From positions 210,001 to 242,000 of the forward strand of contig NZ_CP007496.1 in the NCBI RefSeq assembly GCF_000803625.1: a stretch of DNA of 32,000 nt, written 5' to 3'. Every line of letters begins with the position of its first letter. Positions within the stretch are counted from its first letter, which is position 1. The notes below the pieces were generated by a model that saw nothing but the letters and a program-made list of their open reading frames with translations, made no database searches and had not been told where the DNA came from. Origin of the DNA: Candidatus Nanosynbacter lyticus (lineage in GTDB: Bacteria; Patescibacteriota; Saccharimonadia; Saccharimonadales; Saccharimonadaceae). A program made the translations under genes and the position numbers. This document shows positions 9,077-18,614 of this stretch, piece after piece.

Positions 9077-9445
9077 GTGCAGACAGATTACTTTGAGCGA
9101 AAGTTGGATGACAAGCGTCGATTGACGATTCCAGCCGAACTCAGAGCAGAGTTTGCATCAGGCGTCGTACTAACTCGCGGGTTTGGCAAATATCTTCACT
9201 TATACCCACAGCAAATTTGGGATCGGGAAGTGGAGAGCGCTTTAACTGGAAGTATCCTGGACGAACGCGTGGCTGACCTAAACGTTAAATTCCGCCGTGG
9301 CAAAACCGCATCAGCACTCGACCAAAAACAAGGACGAGTGACGATTGAGCAGCATTTGCTCGACTACGCTGGAATTGACAGAGAAGTCGTTGCTGTGCGA
9401 GCAGGGGAATACTTTCGGCTAATAGCGGCTGAAAATGCGGAATAG
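9077..9445 (+). CDS. mraZ: transcriptional regulator MraZ
   Basis: KLDDKRRLTIPAELRAEF, RGFGKYLHLYPQQIWDRE, GRVTIEQHLLDYAGIDREVVAV; strong SD GGAGGAAGGA; GTG start. Confidence 0.93.
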   Translation: MQTDYFERKLDDKRRLTIPAELRAEFASGVVLTRGFGKYLHLYPQQIWDREVESALTGSILDERVADLNVKFRRGKTASALDQKQGRVTIEQHLLDYAGIDREVVAVRAGEYFRLIAAENAE

Positions 9446-9736
9446 TAGATTAGCTAAGCACTTTAACAATTAAAACCTCTCGAGATCAACTATCTGGGTA
9501 TTTTAAAATGGCGTGTGGCAATTTGCTCCACATTAAAAACGGCAACGCACATTCCTTAAAACACCTCCCAAAAAACTCCACCTCACACATAAGTCTCTTT
9601 GGAAAACATGGTTGTTACTGACAATCAATAACTTTCCACTCTAAGACAACAAAAACAAACAGAACACAAATATAAAAAAGCCAGAATTAAATATCCAGTT
9701 AGGTGATCTCGAGCATTATTTCTGTATAATGGAATA

Positions 9737-10657
9737 ATGATGAGTATTAAAGAACATCCACCACAGTCGGAAGAGCCTCAGACGGGCGAACCGATTCATG
9801 TTCCCGTACTTTTAGAGATAACCCTTAGCAAGCTGCGGCCAGTCGAAGGCGAGTCGTATCTCGACTTGACGGCTGGCTATGGCGGTCATGCCAGGGCATT
9901 CTTAGAAAGAACGGATAATTACTTGGACTCAGTGTTGGTCGATCGTGATGAAAACGCGATTAAAACATTGGGCGATTTGGCTGAAAAAGGCGTAACTTTA
10001 ATTCACAAAGATTTTGTGAGCGCAGCGCAAGATTTGGTCAAGCAGGGACGTAAGTTTGACGTGATTTTGGCTGATTTGGGGGTGTCGTCACCGCAGCTTG
10101 ACAGAGCAGAGAGAGGTTTTTCGTTTCGGTTTGACGGACAGCTGGATATGCGGATGGATAATCGGACGGAAATTACAGCGGCAGATATTGTCAATTCGTA
10201 TTCGGTTGACGAGCTGACGCGGCTGGTTACTCGTTACGGCGAGGAGAACTTGGGGCGGGCCAGGCGAATTGCACAGGCAATTGTTGGCGCCAGACCGATT
10301 CAGGGGACGACCGAACTGGCTGATCTGATCAAGCAAACCGTTGGTCGCGGTAGCATGAAACATCATCCTGCGACTCGTACTTTTCAGGCATTGCGCATTG
10401 AGGTCAATCACGAACTTCGGCTAATTGAGGAATTATTGCCACTTTTGCCACGTTTACTTAATAAGGGTGGGCGAGTAGGAATAATTAGCTTTCATAGCTT
10501 GGAGGATCGATTGATTAAGCGCTACTTTTCGGAGCAGGCGACGGCTGGATATGAAGCTGAGCTAATTGTCCGAGAGAAAAAACCAGTGTCTGGAACTGAA
10601 GATGTTCACAATCCGCGTAGTCGAAGTGCAAAATTTCGCTACGCCGTGAAAAAATAA
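9737..10657 (+). CDS. rsmH: 16S rRNA (cytosine(1402)-N(4))-methyltransferase
   Basis: VPVLLEITLSKL..YLDLTAGYGGHARAFLE, ADLGVSSPQLDRAERGFSFRFDGQLDMRMD, GRVGIISFHSLEDRLIKRYF. Confidence 0.95.
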   Translation: MMSIKEHPPQSEEPQTGEPIHVPVLLEITLSKLRPVEGESYLDLTAGYGGHARAFLERTDNYLDSVLVDRDENAIKTLGDLAEKGVTLIHKDFVSAAQDLVKQGRKFDVILADLGVSSPQLDRAERGFSFRFDGQLDMRMDNRTEITAADIVNSYSVDELTRLVTRYGEENLGRARRIAQAIVGARPIQGTTELADLIKQTVGRGSMKHHPATRTFQALRIEVNHELRLIEELLPLLPRLLNKGGRVGIISFHSLEDRLIKRYFSEQATAGYEAELIVREKKPVSGTEDVHNPRSRSAKFRYAVKK

Positions 10658-10677
10658 AATAAAAAGAAGGAGGCAAT

Positions 10678-10749
10678 ATGCCAATCCACATCAAAGTAGA
10701 ATTCCAGAATACAGACAAGGCAGAGACTGTTTCAGTACGCCGCGGCTAA
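10678..10749 (+). CDS. 23-codon micro-ORF MPIHIKVEFQNTDKAETVSVRRG
   Basis: AAGGAGG (10667-10673) 4 nt before the ATG; TAA at 10747-10749. Confidence 0.45.
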   Translation: MPIHIKVEFQNTDKAETVSVRRG

Positions 10750-10757
10750 ACTAAAGC

Positions 10758-10810
10758 GTATTCCGGAATATACCTTAGAAAACCAGCCTGTCTGTAGCGG
10801 GCGGGCTGGT
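10758..10810 (+). terminator. palindrome plus hairpin, possible attenuator between rsmH/micro-ORF and ftsL
   Basis: Perfect palindrome GTATTCCGGAATAC (10758-10771), then AAACCAGCCTGTC / GGCGGGCTGGTTT (10778-10790 / 10798-10810) with two G-U pairs; only a weak downstream T-run. Confidence 0.4.
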
Positions 10811-10855
10811 TTGTTATGCCAATATAAACAGATAAAAATAAAAAGATAGAGACAA

Positions 10856-11197
10856 ATGACAAACACCACCACATTTACTTCACGACGCTCACACGGTCAA
10901 ATGCGCCGCAATCAGAATTCGACACGTTTTCAGTCTCAGGTCAAACTTGGTCCTGTCGCTCATACAGTGCTAGCGGCATTGATGATTACAGTACTGGGCT
11001 TGATTTATTTAACCCAGGCAACACGATTAACAGCCTATGGTTATGAAGCTCAAAATTTAGATTCAAAGATTACTGAACTTAGCGCAAAAAAGTCAGAACT
11101 GGAAGTCCAGAATGCGCGTTTGACGGCGTTAGAAAAGGTGAAGAATAGCAATATTGCTTCAGCCATGACTACAACCGAAACGCGTTATACTCAATAA
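10856..11197 (+). CDS. FtsL/DivIC-like septum protein
   Basis: 113 aa; one N-terminal TM segment followed by a coiled coil (NLDSKITELSAKKSELEVQNARLTALE); syntenic between rsmH and PBP2. Confidence 0.65.
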   Translation: MTNTTTFTSRRSHGQMRRNQNSTRFQSQVKLGPVAHTVLAALMITVLGLIYLTQATRLTAYGYEAQNLDSKITELSAKKSELEVQNARLTALEKVKNSNIASAMTTTETRYTQ

Positions 11198-11219
11198 GTG
11201 ATATAATAAAATAAGCAGT

Positions 11220-12968
11220 ATGCAGCGGCTTATTATTCGTTCAAGAACTAGTTATTTGGCCATCGTTTTACTCGTAGCGATGGCGGCTTTTGTGTTGCGA
11301 TTATTCCAATTGCAGATTCTACAATATGGCAAATACACAGAGCTAGCTCGTGCTAGTCAGCAGCGTCAGTTTGTTATTCCTGCAGAGCGTGGGAAAATTT
11401 ATATGATGGACGGAAAAACTCCAGTGCCAGTAGTTCTAAACCAAGCGACTTACACGGTGATTGCGGATCCTCAGGCGGTTGATAATAAAGAGCGGAATCA
11501 GATTATTACGAGCCTGAGGGAGATTGCTGGCGGGGAGATGACTGATGGGGCGGCTGAGCGTTTGGCTAATAAAAAATCGCGATATGAGGTTTTGGCAAAA
11601 AATATCACCAGAACTCAGGCGGAAAAATTAAAAGAGAAAAATTTTGCTGGGGTGCTATATCAGCAGGGTTCCGTCAGGAGCTATCCTGAGGGTGGACTAG
11701 GTGCGCATGTTTTAGGTTTTGTGAATGCAGCGGGCGAAGGTCAATATGGCGTGGAAGGCTCGCTTAACAACCGACTTAAGGGACAAGATGGTCTATTGCA
11801 GTCTGTGACTGACGTAAGAAATGTGCCGCTCACTGTTGGAAAAAATAATATGAGAATTGAGGCAAAGTCTGGCGATAATTTAGCGTTGACGGTTGATCGA
11901 AATGTTCAAAGTCAGGTGGAGTTGACACTTAAAAAGGGGATTGAAGCTGCAAATGCCACTGAAGGTAGTGCGGTTATTATGAATCCCAAAAATGGTCAAA
12001 TATTAGCATTGGCTAACTACCCAACATATAATCCAGCGGAGTTTAATAAGCAAAAGAATGCGGCGGTGTTTATGAATAGTGCTTCAATGGTGCCATTTGA
12101 GCCGGGTTCAATTATCAAGTCATTTAGCTTTGCTACAGCTATAGATGAAGGGGCTGTTACTCCGTCTAGTACATATAATAACACAGACTGTATTAAGGTT
12201 GCCGATCGGACTATGTGTAATGCTTTAAGGGGTCTAAGCGGCACTACTACGATTCAAGGAGCGTTTAATAATTCTCTTAACGTTGGTACGATTACGGCAA
12301 TACGTAGGCTGGGTAATGGTTCGCAGATTAATCTTGCTGCTCGTCAGGTTTTATATGAATATTATCATGATAAATTTGGGTTCGGTCAGAAGACAGGAAT
12401 TGAGCTGGGTGAGGCGTCAGGGTATATTTATCCGCCAGATAGCGTTGAAGGTAACGAAGTGCGCTATTCAGCAATGACTTACGGTCAGAGTATGAATCTG
12501 ACGATGGTGCAAGTGGCGGCTGGATTTTCGTCGCTGGTAAATGGCGGTCAGTATTATAAGCCAACTGTCCTTAGAGGGGTAATTGATGGCTATGGTAATC
12601 TAAAATCGTCAGAAAGTAAGTCAATTCGTCAGACGGTAAGCGGTAATACCTCATCGCAAATGAGGACGATGTTAGCGACTGCTCGCCAATCTTCTTTCTT
12701 GTCAAAAAGTGACAAGCCTGGCTATGAGATTGGTGGAAAAACTGGTACGTCCGAGGCGGTGGTTAACGGTTCTTACACTCAGAAGGAAACGATTGCTACT
12801 TATATTGGTTATGGCGGTGGTAAAAATGGTGCCGAATATGTCATAATGGTACGTGTAGCAGCGCCAGGTAAGAGGATTAATCTACAAGGAAATTTCCACG
12901 CCGGGCCAATTTTTACGGATATATCCAATTGGATGATTGATTATATGAAAATAGCACCAAAGGAATAG
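11220..12968 (+). CDS. ftsI: penicillin-binding protein 2 / FtsI family transpeptidase
   Basis: MVPFEPGSIIKSF contains SxxK; EVRYSAMTYGQSMNLTMVQ and IGGKTGTSEA contain KTGT; N-terminal TM and dimerisation domain. Confidence 0.9.
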   Translation: MQRLIIRSRTSYLAIVLLVAMAAFVLRLFQLQILQYGKYTELARASQQRQFVIPAERGKIYMMDGKTPVPVVLNQATYTVIADPQAVDNKERNQIITSLREIAGGEMTDGAAERLANKKSRYEVLAKNITRTQAEKLKEKNFAGVLYQQGSVRSYPEGGLGAHVLGFVNAAGEGQYGVEGSLNNRLKGQDGLLQSVTDVRNVPLTVGKNNMRIEAKSGDNLALTVDRNVQSQVELTLKKGIEAANATEGSAVIMNPKNGQILALANYPTYNPAEFNKQKNAAVFMNSASMVPFEPGSIIKSFSFATAIDEGAVTPSSTYNNTDCIKVADRTMCNALRGLSGTTTIQGAFNNSLNVGTITAIRRLGNGSQINLAARQVLYEYYHDKFGFGQKTGIELGEASGYIYPPDSVEGNEVRYSAMTYGQSMNLTMVQVAAGFSSLVNGGQYYKPTVLRGVIDGYGNLKSSESKSIRQTVSGNTSSQMRTMLATARQSSFLSKSDKPGYEIGGKTGTSEAVVNGSYTQKETIATYIGYGGGKNGAEYVIMVRVAAPGKRINLQGNFHAGPIFTDISNWMIDYMKIAPKE

Positions 12969-12970
12969 AT

Positions 12971-14008
12971 ATGGGAGTAGCCTTACAGACAGTCACTAAT
13001 GAATTAACTCATGTGTTTTTACTGAGCGTTGGGGCGTTTTTACTGGCGATGTTTTTGACGCCAGTTTATACGTTTTTTGCTTATAGGTATCGATTCTGGA
13101 AGAAGCAGAGATCAGAGAGCACTGACGGCAAAAAATTAAAGGTTTTTGCTAAGTTTCAAGCGGCAAAACTACGGCGAAATATTCCAACAATGGCGGGTGT
13201 GATTGGTGTGATTTCTATTTTTATTGTGACGTTTTTATTTAACTTGGACCGAGCTCAGACATGGCTACCATTGGCGGCGCTGGTCGGTGGTGGGGCGGTT
13301 GGGCTGATTGACGACGTTATTAATCTACGTGGGCTAGGCGGCGGGGCGGCGGGTTTACGTAGTCCGGTAAAGTTTGCGCTAATCACCCTTATCGGCGTGG
13401 TTCTTGGCTGGTTCTTCTTCGCTAAATTAGGCGTGATGAGTTTTCATGTGCCGTTTATGGGTGATGTAAATATTGGCTGGTTGATTATTCCGCTGTTTGC
13501 ATTTGCGGTAGTGGCGACCGGTAATGCGGTGAATATTTCTGACGGCATGGATGGACTGGCTGGCGGTCTGCTGGGTACTAGCTTTGGTGCTTTTGGGGTG
13601 ATTGCTTTGTTGCAGCAACAGGTACTGTTGGCAGGGTTCTGTTTTACGGTAGTTGGCGTACTTCTTAGCTATTTGTGGTTTAATATTTATCCAGCGCGGT
13701 TTTTCATGGGCGATGTTGGTAGTTTCGCCTATGGAGTGAGTTTGGGGGTAGTGGCTATGCTGACGGATTCGCTACTATTATTGCCTGTAATTGGATTGTT
13801 ATTTGTAGTAGAGGCAGGCTCGAGTCTGATGCAAATTGCTAGTAAAAAGATTTTTAAGCGAAAAATTTTCTTATCTGCACCAATTCATCATCACCTGGAA
13901 GCAATTGGCTGGCCGGAAACTAAAGTAACGATGCGGTTTTGGGTGATTGGCTGCGTGATGGCATTTGTGGGGGTCATGCTGGCACTAGCAGGGGGGCACA
14001 TTGCGTAA
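12971..14008 (+). CDS. mraY: phospho-N-acetylmuramoyl-pentapeptide-transferase
   Basis: PTMAGVIGVISI, GLIDDVINLRG, ATGNAVNISDGMDGLAGGL, FFMGDVGSFAYG, SAPIHHHLEAIGWPETKV. Confidence 0.93.
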   Translation: MGVALQTVTNELTHVFLLSVGAFLLAMFLTPVYTFFAYRYRFWKKQRSESTDGKKLKVFAKFQAAKLRRNIPTMAGVIGVISIFIVTFLFNLDRAQTWLPLAALVGGGAVGLIDDVINLRGLGGGAAGLRSPVKFALITLIGVVLGWFFFAKLGVMSFHVPFMGDVNIGWLIIPLFAFAVVATGNAVNISDGMDGLAGGLLGTSFGAFGVIALLQQQVLLAGFCFTVVGVLLSYLWFNIYPARFFMGDVGSFAYGVSLGVVAMLTDSLLLLPVIGLLFVVEAGSSLMQIASKKIFKRKIFLSAPIHHHLEAIGWPETKVTMRFWVIGCVMAFVGVMLALAGGHIA

Positions 14009-15293
14009 TTCAGTCGCTGGGAAACACCAGACTTCCACGCAATCGGTTCGCAGTCACCGACCGATGTACCAGATTGTGCTGTATATGGGTCTTTTATTGC
14101 TGCTCGGACTAATCGTTATGTATGCACTGGGGCCACAACGCGCCAATGTGATGAATTACGCTTATGGCACGAATTATAGTGATACTTATTTTTTTGGTAA
14201 GCAGTTAACTAGTGTTGCTATAGCTGTTGTGGCGTTTTCGGTATTTTATTTTGTACCGTATAAGTGGTTTACGGGCGAGCGTTCAAAATATGTTCTTTGG
14301 GCGGGATTCCTATCGTGCGTCTTGTTGTTTTTGCTGGGCTCGCTACTGCATTTGTCATTGGCCAAAGAAACTAACGGCGCGTATAGATGGTTTTATTTGG
14401 GTGGACTAGGTAGTTTTCAGCCGTCAGAATTGTTAAAGTATGGCGTTTTATTATTCTTGGCGGGCTTTTTGGGGCGGCGTGCTTCTCAGGGGAAAATAAA
14501 TGATGTTCATGAAACACTCGTTCCGGTTGGGGTTATTTCTGCACTTTCGCTGCTGATGATTGTAGTTTTACAGAAAGACTTAGGTACTGGCGTGTCTTTG
14601 ATAGCCATAGTGTTATCAATGATAATAGTGTCTGGTGTGGATTGGAAAATAATTGGTAAGATTTTAGGAGTGGTGGCATTTTGTGGGTTAGTATTGATAT
14701 TTACCTCACCGCACCGAATTGAGCGGGTTATGACATTTATTCAGGGTGATAGTCATAAAACCGCAAGTGGTCAAGAGGACAAAAATTATCACATCCAGCA
14801 GGCTAGAATTGCAATTGGTTCGGGAGGTATTCTGGGGCTTGGTATTGGCAAAAGTGTTCAGGCGACCGGATATCTTCCAGAAGCGATTAATGACTCAATC
14901 TTCGCTGTTATGGGAGAGACATTTGGCTTTGTTGGTCTGATGGCTATATTGGCGTTATTTACTGCGCTGCTATTATCGATTTTACACGTAGCGGCGCGAC
15001 TGCCAGACACAACGCTGCGGTTGATTGTGGCTGGGATCTTTGGCTGGATTGCTTCACATGTAGTTTTAAATATTGCTGCAATGACAGGACTAATGCCGCT
15101 GACAGGAATTCCTTTGCCATTATTAAGTTATGGTGGTACAAGCATGCTGTTTATCGCTGCGGCACTCGGTTTAGTTTTTCAAATTTCCAAATATACGTCA
15201 CATAAAGTATTAGAGGAGGGTGAAGGTGGTCAAGATCTTAGCGGTCGGCGGCGGCTCAGGCGGACACGTTACGCCGGTGGTAGCCGTATTTAG
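14001..15293 (+). CDS. ftsW: FtsW/RodA/SpoVE family protein
   Basis: TTG start overlapping the mraY stop; HIQQARIAIGSGGILGLGIGKSVQATGYLPEAINDSIFAVMGETFGFVG; GIPLPLLSYGGTSML. Confidence 0.92.
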   Translation: MRNSVAGKHQTSTQSVRSHRPMYQIVLYMGLLLLLGLIVMYALGPQRANVMNYAYGTNYSDTYFFGKQLTSVAIAVVAFSVFYFVPYKWFTGERSKYVLWAGFLSCVLLFLLGSLLHLSLAKETNGAYRWFYLGGLGSFQPSELLKYGVLLFLAGFLGRRASQGKINDVHETLVPVGVISALSLLMIVVLQKDLGTGVSLIAIVLSMIIVSGVDWKIIGKILGVVAFCGLVLIFTSPHRIERVMTFIQGDSHKTASGQEDKNYHIQQARIAIGSGGILGLGIGKSVQATGYLPEAINDSIFAVMGETFGFVGLMAILALFTALLLSILHVAARLPDTTLRLIVAGIFGWIASHVVLNIAAMTGLMPLTGIPLPLLSYGGTSMLFIAAALGLVFQISKYTSHKVLEEGEGGQDLSGRRRLRRTRYAGGSRI

Positions 15294-16389
15294 GGAATTA
15301 CAAAAGACTGGTGATCACGAGCTTCGTTTTTGGTGCGATAAAAAGTTTGGCACCAGCGCACGTGGGATTTTTGCTAAATTTGACGAAACTATTCCAGTTG
15401 AGCTGATTACTGCTGGGAAACTGCGGCGATATCATGGTAAGAGTCTGTCGTTCCATTTACACCCATCAATATTACTACCAAATCTTCGTGACGGCTTTAA
15501 GGTAGTTGTCGGATTTTTCCAAAGCTTATTTAAGCTAATAGCCTGGCGGCCGGATGTTATTTTCATAAAAGGTGGTTACGTTTGCTTGCCTGTAGGTTAT
15601 GCTGCGAGATTATTGCGAATCCCGTTAGTCCTTCATGACTCTGATGCTCATCCGGGGTTAACTAATCGCCTGCTTAGTCCATTTGCAAAAGCTATTGGTA
15701 CTGGTGCACCCCTCGAATATTATAATTATCCTCCTGAAAAAGCGTCGTATGTTGGTATACCAGTGGCGCCAGAATTTCGTCCTTATTCTGAGGCCGAGCG
15801 GCAAAAATTGAAGGCGAAATTAGGCTTTGATTCCAATAAGCCACTGGTTGTCGTCACCGGTGGTGGGCTAGGTGCTAGGCGTATTAATTCTGCAATTTTA
15901 GCAATCAGGGAAGATCTCTTAGCTGAGGCTTCGGTGTTTTTAATATCTGGAAACCTGCAGTACGAAGAAATACTTAAGCAGGCTGGTGAGCGCAGTGGAT
16001 GGCGACTTCAAGCCTTTGTCCATAATGGTATGGCTGAAGTTTTGGCGGCAGCAGATATAGTTGTAACTAGGGCGGGGGCGACCACTCTTCTGGAGCTGGC
16101 CGCGCTTCATAAACCTACTGTGATTATCCCTAACGGCCGTCTGACAGGTGGTCATCAGCTAAAGAATGCCAAGGTGTATCAGGACGCATTGGCTGCTTTG
16201 ATAGTTTCAGAGGACGAACTAGATAAGGATGATCAAATTTTGGCACGTAAGATTATTGGTGTATTGAAATCGCAGAAGATTCTTAAGGGTTTAGGCGATA
16301 ATTTTGGCAAGTTTGCCAAGCCTGATGCGGCCAAAGATATGGTGAAGATTATTCTGACTACTATACGAAGACAGGGTAGGCGAAGGTGA
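15220..16389 (+). CDS. murG: UDP-GlcNAc transferase (lipid II synthesis)
   Basis: GGGSGGHVTPV, FIKGGYVCLPVGYAARL, VVTGGGLGARRIN, AADIVVTRAGATTLLELAALHKPTVIIP; SD GAGGAGGG; GTG start (15226 also possible). Confidence 0.93.
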   Translation: MKVVKILAVGGGSGGHVTPVVAVFRELQKTGDHELRFWCDKKFGTSARGIFAKFDETIPVELITAGKLRRYHGKSLSFHLHPSILLPNLRDGFKVVVGFFQSLFKLIAWRPDVIFIKGGYVCLPVGYAARLLRIPLVLHDSDAHPGLTNRLLSPFAKAIGTGAPLEYYNYPPEKASYVGIPVAPEFRPYSEAERQKLKAKLGFDSNKPLVVVTGGGLGARRINSAILAIREDLLAEASVFLISGNLQYEEILKQAGERSGWRLQAFVHNGMAEVLAAADIVVTRAGATTLLELAALHKPTVIIPNGRLTGGHQLKNAKVYQDALAALIVSEDELDKDDQILARKIIGVLKSQKILKGLGDNFGKFAKPDAAKDMVKIILTTIRRQGRRR

Positions 16390-17300
16390 AATTATCTTTT
16401 TCTCGAAAGAAATCTGATAAAAATTTAAGCCGTAGAGAGGTTGCTGCTCGTCGGCAGTTTGAAAATTACGACAATCTACCAACGCAGTCATATCGCCGAA
16501 ACAGAACTCTTAATAGTCGCCAGACAATTTCACCGTTAGAGGCCTCTGAACGGCTTGAGGCGCATAATCTAGTAAAAAAACGTCGTCATATGATGCAGAA
16601 GTTATTTATAACTGCAGTGTGTCTGGCTGCCGTGGTATTTTTATTGTTTCAGCTGACAATTAGTATCTCCATTCAGACTCCCGACGCTAAAAGTTCTAGC
16701 AATTCTGGTAAATACGCCAGTGTTCTTAACGAATATTACAATGCCCATCCAGCTGAGCGGTTTAGGTTTTTTCTGAACAATAATGATTTGAGGCAGTTTT
16801 TCTTACAGAAAGCTCCTGAAGTAAAAACTATTCGTGTGGAGGGTGATTTCTTGGCGCGTTCAGCCGCTAAGTTAACTTTTCGTCAGCCAGTAGCTCAGTG
16901 GTCTTCTGGAAATAAAGTTTATTTTGTTGATGATGGTGGTGTTACGTTTGAGCAGAATTATTTTAACCCGCCTACAGTTGCGGTTCGCGACGAAAGTGGA
17001 CTACCTACTCGGGGTGGCCAAGAGGTTATAAATCGGCAATTTTTAAGTTTTTTAGGGCAAGCTGTGTCTGAATTCTCGCAACATAAGCTGAAGGTGTCGG
17101 AAGCTATTTTACCAGCCAATACCGTACGCCAAGTCTGGTTTAAGGTTGAGGGCAGGGAGTCTCAGATAAGAATGACTGTTGATAGATCTGCCCGCTCTCA
17201 GGTAAGGCAGGCAATAGTAACGCTGGGATATTTAGATAAGAATGGTCAATCGTCAGGCTATATAGATGTTAGGGTAGACCAGCGGTCTTTCTATAAATAG
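16386..17300 (+). CDS. FtsQ/DivIB-like cell division protein
   Basis: GTG start overlapping the murG stop; single TM; POTRA-like KTIRVEGDFLARSAAKLTFRQPVAQW; conserved position. Confidence 0.7.
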   Translation: MKLSFSRKKSDKNLSRREVAARRQFENYDNLPTQSYRRNRTLNSRQTISPLEASERLEAHNLVKKRRHMMQKLFITAVCLAAVVFLLFQLTISISIQTPDAKSSSNSGKYASVLNEYYNAHPAERFRFFLNNNDLRQFFLQKAPEVKTIRVEGDFLARSAAKLTFRQPVAQWSSGNKVYFVDDGGVTFEQNYFNPPTVAVRDESGLPTRGGQEVINRQFLSFLGQAVSEFSQHKLKVSEAILPANTVRQVWFKVEGRESQIRMTVDRSARSQVRQAIVTLGYLDKNGQSSGYIDVRVDQRSFYK

Positions 17301-18069
17301 AGCAGTTAACTTCTCTTTTGGATAGAGTAAGTTCTCTTTTTGTTCTATTTTGGCTATATAAAAATTATATATAATAATATCAAAATATGCAAAAGTCAAA
17401 TAATTAAGTCATGACAAACTAGGGGAGCGGGGAAATAAAAATAACAAAATGTCAAATAAGCAAAATCATATGTGGAAAACTTATAAGCAAACCGTATGTG
17501 ATATTTATTGGATGATACAGTGATGTAAAAATATCAATGTGGCATTTGCGGCGGGTGCTTTTAGGTAAATGAATATTTTAAGTTCGTGTTTGTTGGTGAG
17601 TTTTATTTAGCTTGTTGTGTAGCATGGTCTATGCTGAATGGATAGTGAAGTCCCCTGACTATTTTGGGCAAATAATTGTAATATTTATAGAGTGTGGCTA
17701 CATCAATGGACACATGTGTATACCCAAGTTAGTCGTGTATTTATTATTACGTAAAATGTGCATTGTGCGACATTAGGACTATATCTAAAACATGATTACT
17801 CTATCGTCTTTTTTGGTGCAAATTTATTCTATTTTATAAATCTGCAACTACTCTTCTTGTCTTGTGTCCTGTCTACTGATGGACCCTGCTTGGGCTATCT
17901 GATGTGTTCTTTTATGGCGGATTTATGGATCGTTTGCGTGATTGATTATTATAGCCGTATGTAGGTTTTATATTGCGATATTTGTTATGGCGCGTGTTTA
18001 GGATTTACTTTGACGCTTCCTTGAAAATCGTAAATAATTAGTTCGTATTTTGTTCTGTTATTTATCAGC

Positions 18070-18564
18070 TTATTTTTGAAAAGCTTGTGCAATTCTCTGC
18101 TTGATTAGATCACTGTTCCATTCGTTAGTTCTGAAGCGCAATAGGGGGATGCCTGCGTCACTGATGATTGAATTAACGAAATTATCACGTTCTTTACGCC
18201 TTGGCTGGTTGTGCGTGCTGTCGTCAAGCTCTACTGCTATAAGAGGAGACATATCATTGGTGCAGATTAAGAAGTCTATTGATTTTCTATCTATCTTGTT
18301 AAGCGCCCCATTCCAACTCTGCCCTTTTATTCTGTGCTCCAAGAACATACTTAAGTGGGCTTGGGGTATAATTACACATCCACTTACGGCTTCTTGCAGG
18401 GTTTTGTAGAATGACAGTTCATTTTCTGTAATTACACAGGATTTTTTAGTATATCTGTATTCCCTCTTTGTGTATTTTTTAATTGAACCTCTATCATTTA
18501 TTTTTCCCAACCCTATAATAAAAATTACGATAACTACAGCTATTATAAACATAAGTGTTTCCAT
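18070..18564 (-). CDS. membrane-anchored DUF2726 (PD-(D/E)XK-like) protein
   Basis: N-terminal TM; KSIDFLICTNDMSPLIAVELDDSTHNQPRRKERDNFVNSIISDAGIPLLRFRT matches the DUF2726 pattern. Confidence 0.7.
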   Translation of the reverse strand: METLMFIIAVVIVIFIIGLGKINDRGSIKKYTKREYRYTKKSCVITENELSFYKTLQEAVSGCVIIPQAHLSMFLEHRIKGQSWNGALNKIDRKSIDFLICTNDMSPLIAVELDDSTHNQPRRKERDNFVNSIISDAGIPLLRFRTNEWNSDLIKQRIAQAFQK

Positions 18565-18570
18565 GAACTC

Positions 18571-18607
18571 ATTGTAGCATATTACTGTGGTTAAATAGTG
18601 CTATAAT
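18571..18607. promoter_or_regulatory. divergent promoters for the DUF2726 gene (-) and speD (+)
   Basis: Minus-strand TGCTACAAT (-10 at 18571-18576) 6 nt from ATG 18564; plus-strand TGCTATAAT (-10 at 18602-18607) 7 nt from ATG 18615. Confidence 0.65.
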
Positions 18608-18614
18608 TACTAAT

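Noticed and set aside
17758-17964. 68-aa plus-strand ORF in the post-ftsQ gap
   Set aside because: No SD, no suitable promoter, low-complexity hydrophobic/Cys-rich composition, no recognisable family; likely a chance ORF.
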